Assembly (NCBI GenBank): GCA_033762295.1
Contig: JANRLW010000042.1
Location: forward strand, 1 to 17,366
From: Capsulimonadales bacterium
GTDB taxonomy: Bacteria; Armatimonadota; Armatimonadia; Armatimonadales; Armatimonadaceae
Reading direction: 5' to 3'
Length of the DNA stretch: 17,366 bases
Shown: positions 7,649-14,825 of the stretch, piece after piece
Numbering within the stretch: the stretch's first letter is position 1
Layout of the letters: the number at the start of each line of letters is the position of its first letter
Notes under the pieces: model-generated
The model's database searches: none
Told to the model about the DNA's origin: nothing
The model's input: only the letters and a program-made list of their open reading frames with translations
Made by a program: the position numbers and the translations under genes

Positions 7649-10600
7649 ATGCCTGTCCCATCCCAGTCTCACACCGAACGTCCCCCGTCCGAACCGGACG
7701 CCTTCCCCGAACGTTTCTTCGTAACGGGTGGGACGGTGCCGGCCGATTCCCCCGCCTATGTCGAGCGTCGCGCCGATGGCGACCTGCTCGATGCGCTCCT
7801 GCGCGGCGAATACTGTTACGTCCTCAATACCCGACAGATGGGGAAATCGTCGCTGTCCGTGCGCACGATCCGAAAACTGAACGGTCAGGGGGTTCGGACC
7901 GTCTTTCTCGACCTGACGGCGTTCGGCGGCCAGAACGCCACGCCGGACCGCTGGTATCTTTCCCTGGCGGCGGAGGTCGGTCGACAACTGGAGATCCGGG
8001 AGGAGTTCGTCGGCTATCTCAAGGAGCAGCAGGACAAGACACAGGTTTTCCGGCTTTTCGGCGCGCTTCGGAACGTCGCTCCGGAACGGACAAACGCGCC
8101 GCTGGTGATCTTCGTCGATGAGATCGATATCGTACGGTCACTTCCGTTCCCGACCGACGAGTTTTTCGCGGCGATCCGCGCCTGCTATAACCTGCGTTCG
8201 ACGGACCCGCCCTTCCACCGGTTGACCTTCTGCCTGCTCGGGGTAGCGACGCCCGCCGACCTGATCGTCGATACGAAAACCAGCCCGTTTAATATCGGGC
8301 GACGGATCAACCTGACCGATTTTACGGCGGAGGAGGCGCGCCCGTTCGCTCAATGGCTTCCGGGCGGTGAAAACGCGCTGCGACGTGTCCTCCACTGGAC
8401 CGGCGGACATCCCTACCTGACGCAACGTCTGTGCCATGCGGTCGTCGAAAAGGGAGCGCGTTCGACACGGGATATCGACCTCGTTTGCGACGCTCTGTTT
8501 CTCTCGAAGTCCGCTCGCGAAACCGACGATAACCTCTCCTTTGTCCGGAATCGTCTCCTGCGCTCCGATGCCGACCTGCCGTCGCTCCTGGACCTCTATC
8601 GAAAGGTGCGGGCCGGCAAGCGGGTGCGCGACGATGAGACCAACCCGCTCTGCGCCACTCTGCGACTGTCCGGCGTCTGCCGTACCGAACGTGATCTTCT
8701 GGTCGTTCGGAACCGGATTTATGACCGGGTGTTTGATGCCCGATGGGTCGAGTCGCATATGCCGGACGCCGAACTGCGACGGCAGCGGGAAGCCTATCGG
8801 CGTGGTGTGACGCGGGCGACCGCCCTCTCCGGCGCGGTGACCGTCGCGTTCGGTGTGCTGTCCTTCGTGGCGATTACCAAGGCGAACGAAGCGAATGCGC
8901 TCAGCCGAACGGCCAACGAGCAGCGAAGAGCGGCCGAGGACGCCAGTCGGCAAGCCCGCGTGGCGAGCCGATGGGCGCGGGCGAGCGAGGATCAAGCGAA
9001 AGCGCAGGCGAACGAAGCCCGGCGGCAGACGGTCATCGCGCGGCGCGAGGAACGGATCGCTCGGGAGGCGGAAAAGAACGCGAAATCCCTGACGCTCCGC
9101 CTGGAGGACGCTCTGGACGCCGCGCGAATGTCCGAAGGCAAGGCCACACGGGCGGCGGACGCCGCCCGGCACTCCGAACGTCAGGTGGCCGAGAGCCTGC
9201 GCCGGGAGACGCTGCGGAACGGGATAAGTCTGCTCGAAGAAGGGGACCTGGAACCGGCGATCCGACGGCTGACCGAGGTCTTGCAGCTCGACGAACGGTT
9301 CTTTCCGGAGCGGATCGAGGCCGATCGGAAGCGGCTTGCCTTTGCGGAACGGCGTCGACTGGCCCCCACGGTCGTTCTCGAGGCGGGCGGTCCGGTCCGT
9401 AAAGCCTCCTTCTCTCCGGACGGCTCGCGTATCGTCACGGTGACCACCGACGGCAGGATGCGTCTGTTCGATGTGGCCGGACGGTTCCGGGTGGTGACCG
9501 AACGCCGATGGAACACCACGATCTTCGATGTCGCATTTTCGCCGGACGGGCAGCGGTTCGCGTTGCTGACCGCCGATGCGCGCGGATATCTGTACGACGC
9601 GGCTTCCGGACGGCGGATCGCGACGCTGGTCCATTTCGAGAAGCCGGAAAGGCTCGGGGAAGGGGGGTGCGTGGCGTTCAGCCCGGATCGAAAATATCTG
9701 GCGACCGGGATACGACCGGGAACCGCGATCTGGGATGCGCGCACCGGAGACGAAGTCGGGCGCGTCCGGTGGGAGGACACGGGGGACTGGGACGCACGCT
9801 GGTATAACCGTGTCCCGCTGATTCCCACCGCCCTCGCGTTCTCTCCCGATCGGCCGTATCTCGCCTGCGTCTACGGAGGATACCAGTCGAACGGGGCGAC
9901 CCTTCGCTTTCCGGAGATCGGAAAATTGGAAACCGTCTACCCCGGCTGCTGGTCCGGTCGGGCCGTGCATTACAGTCCCGACGGAAGCAAGGTGCTGATC
10001 GTCGGCGAATATGGCCAGGAGACGACCGCCGTATTATACGACGCGAATATCAGCTGGAAACGCGGATTGCCGATCGGGGATCGACCCGGGGGAGTGGACG
10101 GAGTTTTCAGTCCGGACGGGAAACGGGTGGCGCTTATCAGTTCCGACAATGCGGGGCGGATCTACGATACGTTCGGTCGGGCCGTCGGCGAAGCGTTCCG
10201 CCATCGTTCGCCGATCCGCACCGTCCGTTACGACTGGACCGGTCAATGGCTGGTGACCGCCTCCGCCGACGGTACCGCCCGTGTCTGGGACAGCCGGAAC
10301 GGCAGAAACATCGGCGGCGCGCTCGGACATCCGGCGGAGGTGACCTTTGCCGAGTTTTCCCCGGACAGCCGTTTCGTATTGACCGCCTGCCAGGATGGAA
10401 AGGTGCGACTCTGGCCGTGGGATTTCGAAAAGAGCCTGCGGGACGAAAGGATCCCGCCGCCGATGCCGGAAAGCGTCGACCGGTTCAAAATACGGTGGGA
10501 GGATACCGAAGGAGAAGTCCTGAAGTTCCGAACGAACGGCGCCCATCCCGAGGCGACGGCGTTTGTGAACGCCGTCACCCGTCGCCCCGAACCGATCTAC

Positions 10601-11521
10601 GCGCGGCTTCCCGGCGAACACCGGGAGGATGGTCCGCAGCGGAAATGGTCCCTGGTCCGTGTCGGAAAGGAGTACCGGATTTATGAACGGGCGACCGGTC
10701 GTCTTCTCCGAACGTTCCCGGATCGGGGCCAGGAGTTCGGTCTTACCGTGACCGGAGACACCCTCGGTCGGTATTTGTTTTGCTTGTTCCCTGACGGTCG
10801 CCGGGGGGTGCTGGACAGTAAAACGGGACGTGTTCTCCCCGACGACCCGACGGGTTTCTTCTTTCCCGCCCTCGGGAAGCACCTGCCTCTTCCCTACCGC
10901 AGAAACGATGCGTCTTTCGTCGATTCGCCGAGCCGGATGACAACCGTTCGCTGGCTGGTGGAGGACGGAACCGGACGTTCCGAAGAGCGATTCCATGTCT
11001 TCTTTTTGGATCAGCACGCTTCCCGGATACGGGATCTGGGCATGCTTCCCCTGTTCCGCCAGATCGTCATCAGCCCGAATGATCGCTATCTGGTCATCGA
11101 CGGCGCAAACGCCGGTATGTATGATACCGGAACCGGGAAACGGCTTGCCTCGCTATGCGGCCCGCGAGAAAAGGTCATCTCGCTCGCGATCTCTCCGAAC
11201 GGAGAACGGATCGCGGTGGGCACAGCGGATAAAACGGTCTTCGTGATCGACGCACACACCCGCCGTCGGATCGGGGCGGTAACCGCCCTTCCCTCCCCGG
11301 CCGCCAGATTAGCCTTTTCTCCGGACGCCCGATCGCTGGCGATGGCCTGCAGTGACGGAAGCATTACCGTTCGGGAGACGGACAATGGCGACCCGTTGAC
11401 CCCGATCCTGCGACAAACGTACGGCACATTGGACCTGCGCTTTACCTCCGATGGCAAGAACCTTCTGGTTCTGCGTTCCGTGAACAACGAACGGGTGCCT
11501 TACCTGCTGTCCCTGTTCTGA
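7649..11521 (+). CDS. STAND-type (AAA_35-like) NTPase - single TM - coiled coil - WD40 beta-propeller protein, ~1290 aa
   Basis: FVTGGTVPADSPAYVERRAD, Walker A VLNTRQMGKSS (7820-7852), Walker B LVIFVDEID, SPFNIG, STAND GxP motif WTGGHPYLTQRLC and RNRIY. TM at 8816-8878 preceded by an Arg-rich stretch. A/R/E-rich coiled coil, then 12 clear FSPDG-type WD40 repeats. Start is uncertain: 7649 preferred, 7613 possible, and 7526 runs through the repeat array. Confidence 0.9.
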   Translation: MPVPSQSHTERPPSEPDAFPERFFVTGGTVPADSPAYVERRADGDLLDALLRGEYCYVLNTRQMGKSSLSVRTIRKLNGQGVRTVFLDLTAFGGQNATPDRWYLSLAAEVGRQLEIREEFVGYLKEQQDKTQVFRLFGALRNVAPERTNAPLVIFVDEIDIVRSLPFPTDEFFAAIRACYNLRSTDPPFHRLTFCLLGVATPADLIVDTKTSPFNIGRRINLTDFTAEEARPFAQWLPGGENALRRVLHWTGGHPYLTQRLCHAVVEKGARSTRDIDLVCDALFLSKSARETDDNLSFVRNRLLRSDADLPSLLDLYRKVRAGKRVRDDETNPLCATLRLSGVCRTERDLLVVRNRIYDRVFDARWVESHMPDAELRRQREAYRRGVTRATALSGAVTVAFGVLSFVAITKANEANALSRTANEQRRAAEDASRQARVASRWARASEDQAKAQANEARRQTVIARREERIAREAEKNAKSLTLRLEDALDAARMSEGKATRAADAARHSERQVAESLRRETLRNGISLLEEGDLEPAIRRLTEVLQLDERFFPERIEADRKRLAFAERRRLAPTVVLEAGGPVRKASFSPDGSRIVTVTTDGRMRLFDVAGRFRVVTERRWNTTIFDVAFSPDGQRFALLTADARGYLYDAASGRRIATLVHFEKPERLGEGGCVAFSPDRKYLATGIRPGTAIWDARTGDEVGRVRWEDTGDWDARWYNRVPLIPTALAFSPDRPYLACVYGGYQSNGATLRFPEIGKLETVYPGCWSGRAVHYSPDGSKVLIVGEYGQETTAVLYDANISWKRGLPIGDRPGGVDGVFSPDGKRVALISSDNAGRIYDTFGRAVGEAFRHRSPIRTVRYDWTGQWLVTASADGTARVWDSRNGRNIGGALGHPAEVTFAEFSPDSRFVLTACQDGKVRLWPWDFEKSLRDERIPPPMPESVDRFKIRWEDTEGEVLKFRTNGAHPEATAFVNAVTRRPEPIYARLPGEHREDGPQRKWSLVRVGKEYRIYERATGRLLRTFPDRGQEFGLTVTGDTLGRYLFCLFPDGRRGVLDSKTGRVLPDDPTGFFFPALGKHLPLPYRRNDASFVDSPSRMTTVRWLVEDGTGRSEERFHVFFLDQHASRIRDLGMLPLFRQIVISPNDRYLVIDGANAGMYDTGTGKRLASLCGPREKVISLAISPNGERIAVGTADKTVFVIDAHTRRRIGAVTALPSPAARLAFSPDARSLAMACSDGSITVRETDNGDPLTPILRQTYGTLDLRFTSDGKNLLVLRSVNNERVPYLLSLF

Positions 11522-11524
11522 CGG

Positions 11525-11554
11525 CGACCGGCAGACGGCTCTAAACGCCGGTCG
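11525..11554. terminator. Stem-loop at the convergent gene junction (possible weak bidirectional terminator)
   Basis: CGACCGGC (11525-11532) and GCCGGTCG (11547-11554) form a perfect 8-bp inverted repeat around the stop of the - strand gene. No U tract. Confidence 0.3.
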
Positions 11555-12248
11555 GTCGAATCGTCGGAGGGCGTCGCGTCTCCGGCAGGTCCGGATCTAT
11601 CTCCCCCCGGTTCGGGTGCGAATGGTTGAAGTAGACGAGCGCACCATCGCTCTCCCGGAGGCTGACCCGTAATGTGCGGTTGAGGTTGTCACGGGCGCCG
11701 ATGTTGAACAGCAACTCCTGAACCGGAGCGTCCTGCCCCACGGTCTTCCGGTGACTACGAACCAGGGTCAGCCGTGGGTTGTCCCACCCGAAAATCCGAA
11801 TGTACGAAAAGCCGAGCCATCGTGTCTCCCGCTCCCGCATGGGGCGATTCGGTCTCGCCGTGGCTCCGCCTGCGGTGGATCCCTGCCGTCGAAAATAGAG
11901 TATTCGGCCGTCCTCCGATCGAACGCGCACCTGGAATTCCGTATCTCCGGAATGGCAGGTGACGTCCCAGATCGATCGAGCCAGCCGACCGGAAGGGAAA
12001 ACGGAGGCGGCGGAAAGAATCGTGGTGGACTGCCCGCTGATCCGGGTGCAGACTTGCTCCGCATGGGAGGTTGCCGCCTGCCGCCCGGGCTCGTACGACC
12101 GGACAGTCGCAAATCGGCAGACCAGCGAAATGGACAAAGCGGGAACCAGCCAGAGCGCGACCTTTTGAGCCAATTCCGCCGGAGTGCGTTGCGGGGACGC
12201 CTGAGCCACGCCACAAACGATACCCGGCATACTGCGAACGACCATCAT
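11541..12248 (-). CDS. Hypothetical membrane-anchored protein with two PepSY-like repeats, ~235 aa
   Basis: Start moved from 12398 to ATG 12248 because GAAAGGAAG precedes it. Hydrophobic segment VALWLVPALSISLVC. Two similar units end in WDVTCHSGDTEFQVRVRSEDGRILYF and VQELLFNIG...TLRVSLRESDGALVYF, resembling the PepSY helix + V.V...DG.I hairpin pattern. Confidence 0.6.
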   Translation of the reverse strand: MMVVRSMPGIVCGVAQASPQRTPAELAQKVALWLVPALSISLVCRFATVRSYEPGRQAATSHAEQVCTRISGQSTTILSAASVFPSGRLARSIWDVTCHSGDTEFQVRVRSEDGRILYFRRQGSTAGGATARPNRPMRERETRWLGFSYIRIFGWDNPRLTLVRSHRKTVGQDAPVQELLFNIGARDNLNRTLRVSLRESDGALVYFNHSHPNRGEIDPDLPETRRPPTIRPTGV

Positions 12249-12370
12249 CCCTGCTTCCTTTCTTCCAAAAAGATGGCGATAATCTCCATAAAACCGAAAA
12301 TCGTCGAGCGATAAGCCCCTTCGCCATTTTTTGCCGACGGCGCATCCCCTGTATTTCGACCAGTAACCTG

Positions 12371-12414
12371 GGGTATAATATAACATTAAACAAAACATTG
12401 CGTCCGCTTGTTTA
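12371..12414. promoter_or_regulatory. AT-rich overlapping divergent promoters and inverted repeat
   Basis: TATAAT on + at 12374-12379. TGnTATATT (extended -10) on - at 12385-12377. TAAACAA-N14-TTGTTTA inverted repeat at 12387-12414. Confidence 0.5.
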
Positions 12415-12457
12415 TTTGGCCGATCTTCACGGACACTTTCACTATAGGAACTTCTCC

Positions 12458-12519
12458 GTGACCGTAGTGTGTTCGGAGGGTCGGTGGTGTGACAGTTCGT
12501 GTGACAGGCATTGTGGCAT
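12458..12519 (+). repeat. Second GTGAC direct-repeat array upstream of the SARP-NTPase gene
   Basis: GTGTGACAG at 12487 and 12499, degenerate TTGTGGCAT at 12511 (12-bp period), and a further GTGAC at 12458. Confidence 0.7.
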
Positions 12520-12557
12520 ACGGCATTTCCTCTGTTTATTTCTTGTCGGAGCTATTT

Positions 12558-14225
12558 ATGAAGCACGGGCGGTTGGCGATTCAAATGCTGGGCGGGTTCT
12601 CCGTCTCCGCGGACGGCAGGCCGCTCGACGGGTTGCAGCGGCGCGAAGGCCGTCGTCTGCTCGCGTTCCTGATCCTGCAGAGGGGCGAACCGGTGGAGTA
12701 CCGAACCCTCGCCGAACGGTTCTGGCCGGCGGAGGCCCGGTCGGTGGCGGAGTTCGGGGGAGGGTACGATTCCGCGCGGCAGGCGATCCACTCTTTGCGA
12801 ACCGCCCTCGGACCGGACGCCGAGCGTCTGCAGAGCGTCAACCGGGGGGTTTTACGTTTCGATTGTGACGGACTGGCGATCGATCTGGCGGAGTTCGACC
12901 GTCTGATCCGGTCGGAGTCCCCTGCCGACTGGAAAGCTGCCTGCGCCCTCTATGGCGGGCCGCTGCTCGATGGGTGGACCGATACCTGGGTCCTACCCGC
13001 GCGTCAACGGCGACAGCGCGAGTACGAACGCCTGCAGGAACGGCTCCGGGAAACTCCGGAGGTCTCCCCGGTATCCTCCGCGTCGCCGGATTCACCCCCG
13101 GGAACCGTGCCCGCCCGCCTCGCGGACGGCGACGAACCGGCGGAATCCCTTTCCCTCGAGCCGGAAAGCGGGGCGATGGCGCTCGATTCGCGATTCTACA
13201 TCCGGCGGCCGATCGATACCTCGTTTTTCGCCGCGCTGGACCGCCAGGACGCCATCCTGCTGATCCAGGGCGCGCGCCAGATGGGAAAAACCTCGCTGAT
13301 GGCGCGCGGACTCGATCACCGGCGCAGTCGGAACGGTCACGTGGTTGTCACCGATTTCCAGAGCCTCCCCGCCGCACGGCTGGAATCGGTCGATGCCCTG
13401 TACTTCGGACTGGCCGCCAGCATCGCCCGACAACTCCGAATCGACGGACCCCGGCAAGATTGGGACGAGGATTTCGATGCCTCGACCAACCTGGAGGAGT
13501 TTTTGCGGCGGGTTCTTGCCGACCGATCGCTGGTCTGGGGAATGGATGAGGTCGATCGACTCTTTTCCTGTCCGTTCGGTTCCGAAGTCTTCGGACTGAT
13601 TCGCTCCTGGTACAACCGCCGCGCTCTGGAACCGCAGGGTATCTGGTCGCGACTGACGCTGGTCATCGCCTACGCAACCGAGGTACACCTGTTTATCTCC
13701 GATATCAACCAGTCGCCGTTCAATGTCGGAACACGCTTTGCCGTGACGGACTTCACTCGGAACGAGACCGAGGAACTGAACCGGCGCTACGGCAGCCCCC
13801 TGCGGAACGACACGGAACGAGAACGGTTTTATCGGGCGTTCTCCGGCCATCCGTATCTTTCCCGGTTGGCGCTCAATCTGATGGTCGGTCAGCGTTTCTC
13901 CCTCGGCGAACTGGAACGCATGGGGCAGGGGGACGAATCGCCCTTTCACAACCACCTGCGCCGTTTTCACCAGCTCATCTCCTCGGACGACCGACTGGAA
14001 ACGGCGTTGCAGGCGGTACTGGCGGGGCGAGCGGTGACCTCGGTCGACGCCTTCTACCGGTTGCGTAGCGCGGGCCTGATCGTCGGCGAACCGTCGTCGG
14101 CTCGCCTGCGCTGCGGTCTCTACGCCGATTTCTTCGCGCATCGCCTCGGAGCGAACGGCACGAACCGGGGAAAGTTACCTAACGCCAGCCCCGGTCCTGC
14201 GCCTCGGATGCCGTCAGGCGAATGA
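12558..14225 (+). CDS. SARP-like transcriptional regulator: wHTH + truncated BTAD + STAND-type (AAA_35-like) NTPase, 555 aa
   Basis: ATG 12558 follows GGAG at 12548-12551. LAIQMLGGFSV..DG, RRLLAFLIL, LAERFWP and RQAIHSLRTALG form an AfsR/SARP wHTH. IDLAEF..ALYGGPLLDG..D.WV..RQR is the BTAD start. Then GAMALDSRFYIRR, Walker A GARQMGKT (13269-13292), Walker B VWGMDEVD, DINQSPFNVG, GHPYL and RC.LY..FF. Confidence 0.9.
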   Translation: MKHGRLAIQMLGGFSVSADGRPLDGLQRREGRRLLAFLILQRGEPVEYRTLAERFWPAEARSVAEFGGGYDSARQAIHSLRTALGPDAERLQSVNRGVLRFDCDGLAIDLAEFDRLIRSESPADWKAACALYGGPLLDGWTDTWVLPARQRRQREYERLQERLRETPEVSPVSSASPDSPPGTVPARLADGDEPAESLSLEPESGAMALDSRFYIRRPIDTSFFAALDRQDAILLIQGARQMGKTSLMARGLDHRRSRNGHVVVTDFQSLPAARLESVDALYFGLAASIARQLRIDGPRQDWDEDFDASTNLEEFLRRVLADRSLVWGMDEVDRLFSCPFGSEVFGLIRSWYNRRALEPQGIWSRLTLVIAYATEVHLFISDINQSPFNVGTRFAVTDFTRNETEELNRRYGSPLRNDTERERFYRAFSGHPYLSRLALNLMVGQRFSLGELERMGQGDESPFHNHLRRFHQLISSDDRLETALQAVLAGRAVTSVDAFYRLRSAGLIVGEPSSARLRCGLYADFFAHRLGANGTNRGKLPNASPGPAPRMPSGE

Positions 14226-14676
14226 CCTTGCCGTCGGCCTGCAGAAAGCCACGGGTGGGAACGACGGTCGGAGCGCCTTTGGCCGGCGGCGGCAGCTCCG
14301 CTTCCGCATAGATCAGCTCCGTCCCCGCCAGGTTTTTCAGAATCTTGCGCGAGAATTTCGGATTGGGCAGGTGCGGGGCGTTGTCGCCCATGCGGACGAA
14401 GGCGTTGTCGAAAGGGACGTAAAGCGGCAATAGACCCGCCTTCGTCCTGTCCGGATGGTCCATCGCCGGGAGTTTGCCGCCGTGGTCCGCAGCGTACCGC
14501 TTCAGGCCGTCCGCGAGTATCTCCAGATCGTACTTCGTGTCCTTTTGCTGTTTGCGAAGCATGGCCGCCCGCAGACCCGACTCGCTCACATTGACCAGCA
14601 TGGCAAAGAAAGCGAGGATGGTCAACCCCCCGAAAAACAGGAGCAGCAGTTTACATCCCATCGTCCTCTCGGTCAT
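14179..14676 (-). CDS. Pseudopilin / DUF1559-like exported membrane protein, 165 aa
   Basis: SD GAGGAG upstream. N-terminal TM. DLEILADGLKRYAADHGGKLP resembles the GspG/DUF1559 helix motif, and the C-terminal RGFLQADGKV resembles the 'FADGHV' (H-X9-DG) terminal motif. Confidence 0.65.
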   Translation of the reverse strand: MTERTMGCKLLLLFFGGLTILAFFAMLVNVSESGLRAAMLRKQQKDTKYDLEILADGLKRYAADHGGKLPAMDHPDRTKAGLLPLYVPFDNAFVRMGDNAPHLPNPKFSRKILKNLAGTELIYAEAELPPPAKGAPTVVPTRGFLQADGKVIRLTASEAQDRGWR

Positions 14677-14760
14677 TGTTTCTCCTCACCTATGTTATCG
14701 GTTGATAAGCCGAGAATGCCTACCTGCCTGAGGGTTCATCGGGCGATGATCCGGAGGGCG

Positions 14761-14769
14761 TGCTATACT
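14761..14769 (+). promoter_or_regulatory. Extended -10 promoter of ilvE
   Basis: TGCTATACT (TGn-TATACT) ends 57 nt upstream of the ATG at 14826. Confidence 0.55.
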
Positions 14770-14825
14770 TCCCAAAAGCTTGGTGGCGACCGCCGCCGAC
14801 ATCCTCGCGAAAGGGTAATGCGCTC

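Noticed and set aside
7820..7852. Walker A lacking the first Gly (NTRQMGKS) as evidence for an inactive NTPase
   Set aside because: As I recall, VLN[S/T]RQMGKSSL is the usual form in this AAA_35 subgroup. GKS and the Walker B DE are intact.
12270..12335. Fluoride or c-di-GMP riboswitch resemblance (GATGG...AAACCG; GGCAAA)
   Set aside because: The required conserved downstream elements and pairings are absent, and the gene context does not fit.
12249..12557. Upstream extensions to 12398 (-) and 12489 (+), and alternative ORFs 12071-12868, 11751-12314 and 11755-12393
   Set aside because: They cross AT-rich promoter-like DNA, better RBS-supported starts exist at 12248 and 12558, and the alternative frames lack protein-like features.
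7649..14225. Calling the NTPase pair a known Avs/NACHT anti-phage system
   Set aside because: There is no nuclease, TIR, SIR2, protease or other toxic effector. The only output domain is a DNA-binding regulator, so a defence role remains speculation.
14695..14708. TTATC-N4-GATAA palindrome upstream of the pseudopilin-like gene
   Set aside because: The arms are only 5 bp and do not match the FNR consensus (TTGAT-N4-ATCAA), so it cannot be distinguished from chance.
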